64,000 nucleotides of DNA, taken from positions 1,747,345 through 1,811,344 of the forward strand of contig MU004237.1 of NCBI GenBank assembly GCA_010405405.1. Direction: 5' to 3'. The notes below the pieces were generated by a model. The model saw nothing but the letters and a program-made list of their open reading frames with translations, did not search any database and was not told the DNA's origin. Source of the DNA: Microthyrium microscopicum (taxonomy: Eukaryota). The position numbers and the translations under genes are program-made. Shown piece by piece: positions 48,401-59,424 of the stretch (the first letter of the stretch is position 1; every line of letters starts with the position of its first letter).

Positions 48401-49124
48401 CATAGTCGGGGACAGTCGCGGTACAGTAGGGAATGTAGGGTAGGCTCTTCGTGGGAAAATCATGGCAGGTTTCGTGAAATGATAGACTGCTAATTTAGAG
48501 TTGAATCTCGATCTCGATCAAAAAGTCGTAGTTTCCCAACAAGGGTTCTTTCTTCAAATACAACAGTGTGCCTGCCTTTTCAGCCTGCTTCGCTCCTTCT
48601 CTCCCTTTTCTCAAGAACGTACTTTCCCAACTTATCAAGTGCTCCTTCCTTGGACCTGGTCTCTCTGGAATCTCAACTCTTTCGCACTCCTAAACCTACA
48701 ACACCATCACCACCATCATAACTCCTATCGCACAACCAGAGTCATTGTTCTACTTGTTCTCCCTATCTCCGCGGCTCCAAACTATATCGGCCTTAACCAT
48801 ACGTTGAAATTGCACTTGGTAGTTTGAATGAATTATTGATTCCTTCTCAAGCCTCATCATCATTGATCTCAGCTACTTTCGCTCTGTGCAATTTGGATGC
48901 TTTTCAAACTTTGCGCCAAAATCAACCAATTCTCTATCAACAACCAATTCCAGTGCAAAAGTGCATTTGCCCATTCTGAGCCCACCTCCGGCCTCTCCGT
49001 GTAACTGGAAACATTCCCAAGCGCTGTCTTGCACCTGCATTGGCCTACTACAAAGTCTCCGCTTTTTCCCCTCAGCTGACTTTTGATTGCTCAAAATCCG
49101 CTCCTCTGCAAAAATCCCTTCAAA

Positions 49125-49922
49125 ATGCCAGACTCTCGCATGGCCCTAGACACCATCCTCACCCCGCGCCCTGAAGAATTCCTCGCTGATCATTTCCCAT
49201 CAAAACAAGCTACTCTTCCAATTAGGCCCAGTATGCATCGTTCTGGCACTCCTAGTTTAGATCCCTGGAATCTGCCATATCCTCTCACAATTCGGTCGCA
49301 ATCAACGTATTCCAGCTACTCTGTCTACTCCAATACATCAGGCCACTCCAGCTCTTCATCTCAAGATTTAGCCCACGCACAATTACACAACCCTGGACTA
49401 TCGAGAAGTGATTCTTCTGACTCCGGCATCTCCAATGGACTTTCACCAATAACGCCAGAGTCGTCAAACGAGATGCTTAGTACTTCTCCAATATCCGGCT
49501 TTTCCGCGCCCGCGCGCTGCGATGAAATCGCCGCTGGTTTTGCTCTTGCAGGCATGAGAAATATGGTTCCAGCCGCAACTCCTGCATCAACCTACTCCAC
49601 TTCACCAGTCCTTCTTCCACTTGCCGACCCACTAGATCGCAGCACCTCACCACGCACTCCCCGCGATATCAATGGCAACCGGTTATACCCATGCCCGCTT
49701 GCAAACGTCTATCGGTGCGACCAGCACTTCAGCACATCTGGCCACGCCCGGCGGCACTCTCGCATACACACTGGTGAGCGCTCATCCGAATGCCCCGAAT
49801 GCGGACAGCGATTCTCTCGTCAAGACAACATGCAACAACATAGAAGGACACATCGCAATGGACGCGATGGCAGCAAACGAAGCAAAACCAGCAGCAAATC
49901 TGAACGCCGTGTAGCCGCCTAG
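49125..49922 (+). CDS. C2H2 two-finger transcription factor, Nrg1-like
   Basis: YPCPLANVYRCDQHFSTSGHARRHSRIHTGERSSECPECGQRFSRQDNMQQHRRTH. The TSGH..RH and SRxDN..QH recognition helices resemble Nrg1/Nrg2. Confidence 0.88.
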   Translation: MPDSRMALDTILTPRPEEFLADHFPSKQATLPIRPSMHRSGTPSLDPWNLPYPLTIRSQSTYSSYSVYSNTSGHSSSSSQDLAHAQLHNPGLSRSDSSDSGISNGLSPITPESSNEMLSTSPISGFSAPARCDEIAAGFALAGMRNMVPAATPASTYSTSPVLLPLADPLDRSTSPRTPRDINGNRLYPCPLANVYRCDQHFSTSGHARRHSRIHTGERSSECPECGQRFSRQDNMQQHRRTHRNGRDGSKRSKTSSKSERRVAA

Positions 49923-50324
49923 ACGCTAGACGTCTTTTGCCTCCGCTTCTCAACTTTTTATTTTTAATAACGACTACGGCATATTTTGTTTACGGCGCTC
50001 CAAATATTATGAGCCGGTGATACCCAATTATTGCAGCACACGATTCACGCCTCAAAGCTAGTTTATAGCTTTATAAAGGCCAAACTGGGATATCGTGTCA
50101 GGCGTTTCTTTGAGCACTCTGGGAAATAGTGCTGATTAGCATTTGAAAAGCTTTTCGGTTTCCATTTTGGGAAACAAAAATCTTCTTGTATATGATTAAC
50201 AAACGCTTTTATGACAAATGTTATTACTCCTTCGTATTTATTTACGAAATCGCACACTCTGATCATTTTTTGCCGTGAATTTCATGTGATATCGTACTCA
50301 TTACATGATTTTCTTCTTCCGAGT

Positions 50325-51518
50325 CTATCCTATATTACTCGACTGTAGATACTTGACAAAGCTCATATCCTTCGAAGTATCCATCTCATCCTCCCCCAAC
50401 GCCTGCTGATACCGTCTCGACATATCATTGTCCTTATCGCTACCATCATCTTCATCACTATTATCGTCCTCCTCTTCAGCCTCACTAACAGTCTCCGCCT
50501 CGTCCTTCTTCCGTCTGCCTCCACCGCCCTTGACATTCATATCCGCCATCATCTTGCCCAACTCCTTCTCCTTAATCTTCGCCTTCAACTTATCCCGCTC
50601 GCCCTTGCGTCTCTCCAGCTCCGGCCGATAATCCTTCTCAAACTCCACCGCCTTCTCCTGCACCGCCTCAAAGAACTCATCCACACCCTGGCCCGTCAAC
50701 GCACTCACGCCCACCACACTCAAGTGTTTGTAGAATTCATCGAGTACTAGACTCATGGAATGTAGCAAACTGCCCATATATCCAGATCCTTGTGTCGCAA
50801 AACCACCCTCTTCGCCCTTCCCCTCCTCTTCCTCGCGCAGCGCAGCCTGGAATGCTTCGAAATCCGTCATCCATTCTTTTGCGAAAGAGACGTCTGTGGC
50901 ATCGGCTTTGTTCAGGACGAGTATCATGGGTAGTTTCGTCTTGTAGAGAATACTGCATGCGTACAGCATATTACTCATAAACGTGCTTGTGCTAGTCGAT
51001 CTTGGCGTATCGATGATATACGCAATAACCGTCCTGAACGAACTCGCCAAACTGCCCAGTATAATATCCCCTGACGCAGACCACACAAAAACCTCAATCT
51101 GGCCCGGTGTGTCTACGATGATATGTTCTATCGGTGCCACCTTACCTTCCCCATCCTCCTTACCCTCTTTACCACCGTCATCACCACCTTTTGTCCGTTT
51201 CTCCAAAATATTCACCACCTGATCAACCTTCGTCGCAAACAAATTCAAACTCGTCAATATCCCACCATTCGGCCCTAGCTTGTATTGCGCCATGACTTCT
51301 TGGTAGTTTACGGAATCGCGTATGTCGATGTTGGATTGGAAGGGGACTTTGGTGACGGCCGGGTCGAGGTTTATTACGTAGGGGGGTTTGGATTGCGCGT
51401 GTAGGTGGGCGTTTATGCGCTGCATGAATGTGGTTTTGCCGGATCCGGCCATGCCGACGCAGACGATGGCGATGGGGTCGTTGGTGGTGGGTTTGGGTGT
51501 GGATGCGGGTTCGGCCAT
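50325..51518 (-). CDS. NPA3: GPN-loop GTPase 1 (Npa3/Gpn1/XAB1)
   Basis: [59 protein letters not shown] and NKAD. Confidence 0.96.
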   Translation of the reverse strand: MAEPASTPKPTTNDPIAIVCVGMAGSGKTTFMQRINAHLHAQSKPPYVINLDPAVTKVPFQSNIDIRDSVNYQEVMAQYKLGPNGGILTSLNLFATKVDQVVNILEKRTKGGDDGGKEGKEDGEGKVAPIEHIIVDTPGQIEVFVWSASGDIILGSLASSFRTVIAYIIDTPRSTSTSTFMSNMLYACSILYKTKLPMILVLNKADATDVSFAKEWMTDFEAFQAALREEEEGKGEEGGFATQGSGYMGSLLHSMSLVLDEFYKHLSVVGVSALTGQGVDEFFEAVQEKAVEFEKDYRPELERRKGERDKLKAKIKEKELGKMMADMNVKGGGGRRKKDEAETVSEAEEEDDNSDEDDGSDKDNDMSRRYQQALGEDEMDTSKDMSFVKYLQSSNIG

Positions 51519-52359
51519 TGTGATGGTTGGGAGGGTGTTGAGGATGGTGGTGGTTGTGGTGTTGTGGTCGTGGTCATCCGAGGCGGGGGTGATTGCGGTT
51601 GATGAGAAGTTTGTGAGAGTGAGGGTTTGATGGTTGGGGGAGTTTTATGACAGGACCTTTCGCTAGGGCTTCAGACGGCGAGAAAAGGTTGGGAAGTTGG
51701 TGATGGACAAGATGCAGATGTCCAGGACAGCGAAGAGCAGAGGTCACTTTCGTCGACGTTAGGAAATTTTGATGCGACATTTTGATTGGTCAGGACTGGT
51801 GGGGTGTTGTGGGTGACAAGGCTGAATTCGAACTATCAGGCTGAACTCCACACGCTCTGTATTTGCTGTAGAGGTGGTGACAGGTTGACGTCTTACCCAA
51901 TGCCGATTCGAGCCGCCTCCCAATTGAAAGAGGCGGTGAGAGCCACCAGCATTGATGGGAGCGTCTTGGTAGCGAGAAATCCAAGCCTATAAGCTTCTTG
52001 GCTACGAAACAACAAGTAACTTTCCTCGATGTAAGAGTAGTGTATAAACTGTGTCATATTAGTAATTACAAGACAATTCATTTTAGATAAAGATGTAATT
52101 GATCTCGAAGTAGTCCGGGCAGTATATACAAGGACAAGGCTTCCTGCATAAGATTCCAGTATTTTGGGCTTGTGTCGAAAGTTGATGATCAAGGCCCTCA
52201 ATTACGGGTTGGTGTACCAAAAGACAAACCAAACCGTCGTCGTCTTCACGCTTATTCTAACTTGCGAAGAGCCATTATCGCCTGTCGACATTTCAACCTG
52301 CTCCCAATACTCTCACTTTGAGTTTCCCAAACTTTCCAAATAGCGTCTTCTGTCGCTGT

Positions 52360-53421
52360 CTATACTTGTCCCAAATCTAGTTCCTCTTCTGAGATCTGTT
52401 TTGCTTCGAAAACCGAGTCTGTCTTGGAGCTATGTATAGCATCTGTATCCTCCAAGCTCTGCCATAGCACTTTTCCCTCTGGCTGGACTTCGCGGCCGGT
52501 CACGAGTTCGCATGGTATATGGGTCTGTTGCATGTTGATCGTCATATCCACGCATGCCACGAGGGGAAGGCCAATCCAGACTTCTGTTCGGAAACTCCAC
52601 GCTATAGGAACACCTACTAGCATATGCCGTCGGAAAAGCTCCGCCTGGATGTTCTTCATCCAAAACCGTTGAAACTTGAAATTTGGTGGTTTTGTACTAT
52701 CACATGGATGGCCAAATTGCAAAGGCTCATATGTTTCGTCTCCGCCAGACGACTTAAAATTTTTAAGCGCAATTCCCCCAGCATCAGGGTACCAGTCGTC
52801 GTAGGCGCGTTGAAATGCGCTACTAGGTTCATTGTAACCAAAATCTGGAACACAAATTGGCAATCGGAACTCGCATATCAGTGAATGAATTGCAAGAGTT
52901 TCGCTGAGGTGTGCAATCACGCCTAGACTGTTGTCGCACTTTGTCATTTCCTGGCTTTGGATGTCTGAGTAGGTACAGGGCCAGTAGCTAATAGCTCTAA
53001 CCGTACGAAGCGATGGGAATTGTTGGAGTATAGCTGCAACAGATACCGGAAGTGCTGATGGATACACCATCCAGAGGAAGTGTTTGATGTAGTTTGCTTG
53101 ACGGGTCGACAGCAAGCAACAATCTCCAGACCAGCCGTGGAGTCTTATTAAGAATGAGTTCTCGCCATAGAGGACCTCTTCTGCTTCCCCCTTAAGCTTC
53201 TTGCACGTACGCAGAATTTGAGGAAATAGACCTGAGGTTTCGCGATGTATATGGATACAGGCTTTGAATTCTGTGCCTTTGGACCAATCGGGCTGAGTTT
53301 TAATTATAGGTGTATTCGAGTGCTGTCTTTTGCTAGGAAGAACCAGGAGCTCCCTATAGATCATCACTCGAAGCTCTGGAGGAAGCCCGCCGAAAGATAT
53401 GGTGGTGTCACTGCTGGACAT
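52360..53421 (-). CDS. Family B paralog 3 (F-box-like, intronless)
   Basis: FGGLPPELRVMIYRELLV...PQILRTCKKLKGEAEEVLYGENSF...FQRFWMKNIQ...GVPIAWSFRT...IPCE. ATG at 53421 assumed. Confidence 0.75.
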   Translation of the reverse strand: MSSSDTTISFGGLPPELRVMIYRELLVLPSKRQHSNTPIIKTQPDWSKGTEFKACIHIHRETSGLFPQILRTCKKLKGEAEEVLYGENSFLIRLHGWSGDCCLLSTRQANYIKHFLWMVYPSALPVSVAAILQQFPSLRTVRAISYWPCTYSDIQSQEMTKCDNSLGVIAHLSETLAIHSLICEFRLPICVPDFGYNEPSSAFQRAYDDWYPDAGGIALKNFKSSGGDETYEPLQFGHPCDSTKPPNFKFQRFWMKNIQAELFRRHMLVGVPIAWSFRTEVWIGLPLVACVDMTINMQQTHIPCELVTGREVQPEGKVLWQSLEDTDAIHSSKTDSVFEAKQISEEELDLGQV

Positions 53422-54965
53422 GATGATGATTTCGACACTGAGAGTGTGCCGCTGAGGATGGGATGGCAAGGATAGTAAAATACCAGTGACAAATCTCTGG
53501 TTTGGTGCTGTGTGAAGTGGAAGAAGAATCAAGTCCTCTGATGGAAGCTTATGGAAGAAGCCGGTGTGCGATGAAGATGCTAAGGCAAGTACGCACGTGG
53601 CTAGACATGGCAACAACCTATCACAGAGGTCGATTGTGACTGCCTCTTTCTAAATTTCTGAAGGCTTGTCTGGGGCGTGCCTGCCGTAGCACCGAGTCTA
53701 ATAATTGGCCTACTCCCATCAATGTCGATAACTCCTACCACTTCTTTGACTAGGATATGCTGTACCTGCCATTGTATCCGATAAGACCTCAGATTTCGAA
53801 CGCCTCTTATGGCAAATAGAGCACTCGAAAACAAATTTAATGGAATTCAGACAACGTGGTGAATAGGAGCGCGCCCTTCATTTTGCCATGCCGCTCGCGT
53901 GTCATCCAGGTGATTTAATATAGCATGGCGGCCTAGTAGATTCGACCTTGACTACCTACCTATCAAAGTAACAAGCTTCAGGCATCACCTTAAATCATAG
54001 TCGATACTAACGGATACGTTATTTAAGCCAACAGGGTATAGATATCAAAGAAATCAACTTTAAAATCAAGAATGTCACGATCCTTAGGTCAGAAACATAA
54101 GAATTGATTGTAACGAGCTACAGAACTTAGAGCAAGCAGATAATTAGAATGTATTCTAGCATCTACGAACAGGAGAGAGTCCGAATTTTAGGTACGGAAT
54201 CCCTTATATTTCCAATACCACTTTTGTACCTTCCCATACCTTTACAAGTCTGGCAAATTGTCATGCCTTCAGGCCGGACAGGTTCGCGCGCAACACCTCA
54301 GCAATACAGTGATCCATCGGCCACAATCACATCATGTAATCTTAGCTTGCGAGGACTGGCGGGTTCCTATTTGTACAAGCAGTAGGGGAGCAAGCAAGGC
54401 CGGTAGCTACTCGGCGGATTATGATTCGATACCTGCCACAAGGGCCAGCTCCAGGTATACGCCCCACTGACCCAGGATCTTCCTGTGCCTTTGCTATCGT
54501 TGATGTTCAATATTCTTGAGTCATGTCACTACCTATTGTGGCTATGTCTGGCATCTGCACATTTGCAGCCTAAAAGCTGCAGATAGCTCTACTACAGAAA
54601 TACTGGGAAGTACTCGATTATTCATTTGAAGGCACTAGACTGTTCCATGATGGTCCGCCAGCCCCAATAAATGTTCAAGCTTGTGAAAGTTTCACTTCCT
54701 AGAATTAATCACCGCAAAACGCCATTTATAACTTCAGCCGATTGGAGTGCCATGCCACTGTCAGCTATTCGCCGTCGCGCTCCTCGAGTGTCTGAAGCAA
54801 CTCAAGCCGATACAAACAATGTTGAGAGTGAGACTACTAACATGGGGTCTGACAATGTTTGTGAGTCCCTGTGATGTTAGATACCGGATACTAAGCTTCT
54901 GAGCACAGGAGGCTAAAAGCCATGCCAACATCACCTCGAGTAGCCAACATGTGCCCATATCTACG

Positions 54966-55732
54966 ATGGCAACACAGCTCCCAAGCGAAGCATTGTCAAA
55001 TCCCCCAGAGACGGTATCACTGTGCTTTTATGATGCAGCTATGAAACGCAAGGAGAAAGCAATTACCGAAGAGCAGTACCTGCAAGCTATTGCAGCACAT
55101 TGTTCTGGAGTACGTCATGGAAAGAACCGGCTTTGCAATAGCGACAGCTCAGATTTTCTTATCTCTGAAGATAAGTATAACAACTTCCTCAATCGCAGGC
55201 ATCATTTCGCCAAGAACGTAAGGGGCGAAGATCCTTTCGCGAGTAGTGTAGCACAATTTATAATGGACTACATCGAAGAGAAGGATAACCCGGTGCATGG
55301 TACACCCCCAAATCATTATGTGCACTGTCTCTAAGTACCTAGCTAACATCAGGTGGAACAGACATTCAACCAATACTAGAAGTTTTGAGAGCCTTTCGCG
55401 CCGACGATTACGTGGCTTTTACCGCTGGTCTCTGTAGAATGGACGAGACTTACTATAAGGATGATGAACGACCGGCCGGCGCGCCCAGGCTTAGCTTTGG
55501 CTTATGCTTCAGTCTTGCTACTGTGGCCATCGTACAAAGGAAGGTTGGAGTCTTGAAAGCAATACTACAATGTACCCGTAACGTGTGTGACGGAGACTTT
55601 GATCAAGAGTATAGGCTTTTGATGGAAAAGCCAGACACTAATCGCGAAATCCTGCGCGTGATTAACGAGGCTGGTTACAAGGGTTTATGGCCACCAGGCT
55701 ATAAACCTACAATCGTAGACCTCATCTGGTAA
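54966..55732 (+). CDS. Hypothetical protein (2 exons), no recognisable family
   Basis: ORFs 54951-55334 and 55385-55732 join in frame via an intron ~55300-55352 (GTACAC...GCTAACATCAG). Confidence 0.5.
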
Positions 55733-56266
55733 GGTCAATACAGTATTTCTGCTTCACATCAATTAGCCAGTCGTTCAGAGAGCATTCGAGGACGACAGCA
55801 CCGGAGAATGGAGCATCTGCAAGACACATAAGGGGGAAAATAGCCGTATACAATATAAATACTAAATGATTTGACAACTATGACTTTGGAGATAAGGAAA
55901 GTTGTTCTAAGGAGACACCTATTGAGGACTAAATAAGTACTTAATATATCATAGTTTAAACAGCTACACATGGGATGCTCAAAGTTGCCCGAATTAAAAT
56001 GATATCGAATTATTAGAGACGGTGTACACAAGGAGGAAATCGAACATTGGGCAAAGCTAGTAATTTGATTTAATCAGAGACGCTGCGATAAGCTTTTGCG
56101 CCTATGGGATGGCGTATAACAAAAACAGAAGAGTCATGTATCACGCAACATAGGCGCAGGTCGAATACTGATTACCGACGAGATACGTTGCCTTTTCCAT
56201 TCTTCAGTCAACCCCTACTCTTTCAAGGCTTTTGCAGCTATCCCGTTTTCATCGCTTATCCAGGTC

Positions 56267-57259
56267 TCATTCATTCTCTGAATCTTTGTCCTCCTCTGCG
56301 TCTTTTTCTTCAAAGCCCTGCCAGATGGTTTCTCCATGCTGACTTCCATTCACAAACAGGCATAGTATGTGACTTTGACGCTTATTTACCGTAAACTCTA
56401 CCAGTGGCGAGGGGAATTCCTGCTCACAAATCATTGTCTTAAATCGCCATGCTAAGGGAATGTCAACGAGCATTTTTCGCTTGCAGAATTCCTTCTTGAT
56501 CCGCTTCATCCACCATCGATGAAGACTGAAACTAGGCGGACCGCCTTCATAAAGTTCGCGTCCCAAAAGCTTACGCTCCGAATCTTCCATACTCAAAGGA
56601 ACGCCTCGAGCATACGGAATCCATGCTCCATGAGCCTGTTCGAATGCGGCATCAAGATGGCCAGGAAACAGTGGCGTAGCCCAATGCAGTGTGAATTTGC
56701 ACGAGAGTTCGAACTTCGGCGTCCGAGAGAGCTTTTGCCAGATCTTTTTGAGGGCGTATAGACTGTTTGATATACCAATATGGCATGGTAGTGGCCACGT
56801 ACTTAGAGCTTGAACCTTCTGAAGTGTTTGAAATCCATCAAGTGCAAATGTGATTGGAATCTCGTAGAAGTTTGTGGGATCAATCAGGATGTGGAGACTG
56901 GAAATGTGTTGTACTTGATGGCGTGGTAATGCTCGTGGAGGGTAAATGTACTTTCTAGAACCAGGAAGGCGCAGTACAAAATCATTCTTTTTATAAAGGA
57001 CCGGTTCTGCTTCGTTACGAATTTGCTTGCATGTACGAATGATCTGAGGGCTGAGTCGCAAAAAGTTTGTGCCGGGAAGAACGCCAGCTATGTAGTAATC
57101 TCCAGGGTGGCTAACAGCCGACGCAACGGAAATCTTGGGTATGTTCGCCGTAGTTTCCTGGGTGGGAAAGACTAGAAGTTCCTCGTAAATGATCAATCGT
57201 ACCTCTGGAGGTAATTTGCGTAGAGTTCCGCAATCCAGAGAAGAGCTCTTAGTGGACAT
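56267..57259 (-). CDS. Family B paralog 4 (F-box-like, intronless)
   Basis: LRKLPPEVRLIIYEELLV...PQIIRTCKQIRNEAEPVLYKKNDF...LHRWWMKRIK...DIPLAWRFKT. Confidence 0.75.
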   Translation of the reverse strand: MSTKSSSLDCGTLRKLPPEVRLIIYEELLVFPTQETTANIPKISVASAVSHPGDYYIAGVLPGTNFLRLSPQIIRTCKQIRNEAEPVLYKKNDFVLRLPGSRKYIYPPRALPRHQVQHISSLHILIDPTNFYEIPITFALDGFQTLQKVQALSTWPLPCHIGISNSLYALKKIWQKLSRTPKFELSCKFTLHWATPLFPGHLDAAFEQAHGAWIPYARGVPLSMEDSERKLLGRELYEGGPPSFSLHRWWMKRIKKEFCKRKMLVDIPLAWRFKTMICEQEFPSPLVEFTVNKRQSHILCLFVNGSQHGETIWQGFEEKDAEEDKDSENE

Positions 57260-58233
57260 GATGGTGATATTGTTGAGAATCTGGAACTGAGAGAGTGCGA
57301 AGCTGCGTTTTATTTGGTGTTGTGGTGTGGATGGTGCTAGTGAGTTGGAAATATTTGACGGAAACATGTAGAAAAAACTTTCGTGTTGGAAATGACAAAG
57401 CAAGTCTCTCTAAGCCTAGAGGTGCGTAACTTCCCACATTCACATCACTGCCGCCTTCTTCGACCTTCTTGAGGGTTTCTCCAACGTACTTGCCATGTCG
57501 GGTAAAGATATGGCCGATGAGGCTGAATGCCCACCATAAGGCTGAAGACCCTTCAACCTGTCGGCAAGCAAATGGTGCTCCTCTCAAGTACAATGTCGAC
57601 CACGACACCTTGTAAATATCGTATTCTACGATTCCATCACAATCGCTATTTCGCCTAGCGCCTTTTATCTGTCGATCGATGGGCTTGTCACTCGACGAGC
57701 GCAGAAGTTTCGTGGAGCATGAATTACATTGAAAAGATATAAATAGACAGTCGACTTCTTCAACTACCCCAGTAGCCACCCAGTGGAGTTCCTTTAGAGC
57801 AAAATCACTTGCAATAATCATGAAACTCTTTACCTAATATACACTGCAACGAAGCAAAGACCTGGTCATCATCTTTTACGGCACCTTCCATTCACACCTT
57901 AACCAGAACGTCAGCTTCATTCGCATAGCCTGCCGTCTTGATATCTTTAGTCTCTGCCCGCGCACGAGAGCGTTGTTCCTCTGCTAAATCTCGTTCCTCA
58001 TTAGAGGTCTCTTCCGATTCCGAACCCTCAACGGCATGGCAAAATAAATGGCGTTCCCCCATCAACTCTGATGGCTGCCACAATGCTCTTGAGCAATCCA
58101 TCATATTCCTGAAAATTGGCCGAATCTGAACATCCTTCTTGGGAGATAAAGCACTCGAAACAGAGCGCAGCGTCTAGCAGCCACCGAGGCTGATACGAAA
58201 GCGCCAATCCTTTTGCCAACCCGTTATACCCTC

Positions 58234-59424
58234 TCAATCATCATCTTCCGCTACGGAGTCGTGTTCCTGTTCGGAGTCGTGTTCCCAGTCGCGGTCATGC
58301 TCCTCCTGCTCGAAGACTTGTTCCTCTTCTGAGTCTTGTTCCTCTCCTGAGTCTTGTTCCTCTTCTGGGTCCGATGCCCCCCGAGAATCTATCATTCCCA
58401 CTGATCCTTGCGCCATCGAGGTCTCTTCAAGCTGTTCATCTTCCGCATCCTCAAGATTTTGCCACAATATTTTTGTTTCTTGATCTTTCCAGACAACAGA
58501 TATCACTTCGCAAGGTATGCGATTCTGAACCTTGTTCACCGTCATCTCCAGGCCTGGCAAAGGCCGCTGCCCGTTCACAACAACTGTTTCAAACCGCCAG
58601 GCTATAGGAATACCAACTAGTACCCCACACCGGCCGAACGCTTCTCGAATTTGTCTCATCCATTTGCGGTGAAATCTGAAGCTAGGAGGGGCAATGCTCA
58701 CACTTGAATTTTCGAGATCATTGGCCGTGAACTTGGCAGTCTCCGTAGCATAAGGGAACCAGTCGTTTAGAGCTGTTTGCAATTGATCGTTGATCTCACT
58801 TGCGTCAGTCCCTGGAATGACCTGCGGCAATACAAACGTGCAACTCAAGTGTTTGATGCGCGAATATCGACTAAGGTCTAGAATGCCGTCGAGATTGTTT
58901 TGGCTCATCTTGTCGGGATCTTCAGACGAGACCCCAGTTCTCGGTGTGTAATACGTCTTAGGCCAGTAGCTTCTCACTCGAACAGTTTGAAGGTGTGGAA
59001 AACGGCTGAGTAGAGTAGAAAGTGGTGGCAGAAAACTTGATGGCTCAGTTGTGAGGTGAACATTTCGGACGAGTCTGGATAGATTGCTTGGGAGTTTGCG
59101 TAGGTCTGTGTTGGATGTGCTGGTTGAATTGATAACCAGGAATTCGTTCTGCTCATAAAGCATTGGTATTGCTTCCTCGTATATCTGCTTGCATGCGCAA
59201 AGAATTTGAGGATACAAGCGTGACGATCGAGACGATCGAGACTCTTGTAGAATTGCTTCGTAGCCTCTATCGTTGTTGGTAACCACCATAAGTGTAAATG
59301 CCGGTCTCTTTCCGGAGGATCCCTGGCTAGGACGGACTAGAAGACCCCCATAGATCATGAATCTAATCTCTAGGGGTAGCTTACGCAGTAGTGCGCAGTC
59401 TGGAGAAACATTACTAGCAGACAT
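58234..59424 (-). CDS. Family B paralog 5 (F-box-like, intronless, acidic repeat tail)
   Basis: LRKLPLEIRFMIYGGLLV...PQILCACKQIYEEAIPMLYEQNEF...FHRKWMRQIR...GIPIAWRFET...IPCE; tail EEEQDSGEEQDSEEEQ. Confidence 0.75.
   Translation of the reverse strand: MSASNVSPDCALLRKLPLEIRFMIYGGLLVRPSQGSSGKRPAFTLMVVTNNDRGYEAILQESRSSRSSRLYPQILCACKQIYEEAIPMLYEQNEFLVINSTSTSNTDLRKLPSNLSRLVRNVHLTTEPSSFLPPLSTLLSRFPHLQTVRVRSYWPKTYYTPRTGVSSEDPDKMSQNNLDGILDLSRYSRIKHLSCTFVLPQVIPGTDASEINDQLQTALNDWFPYATETAKFTANDLENSSVSIAPPSFRFHRKWMRQIREAFGRCGVLVGIPIAWRFETVVVNGQRPLPGLEMTVNKVQNRIPCEVISVVWKDQETKILWQNLEDAEDEQLEETSMAQGSVGMIDSRGASDPEEEQDSGEEQDSEEEQVFEQEEHDRDWEHDSEQEHDSVAEDDD

Noticed and set aside
57249..57821. 190-aa minus-strand ORF upstream of B4
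   Set aside because: It overlaps the conserved promoter element and 5' region of B4 and has no protein-like motifs.
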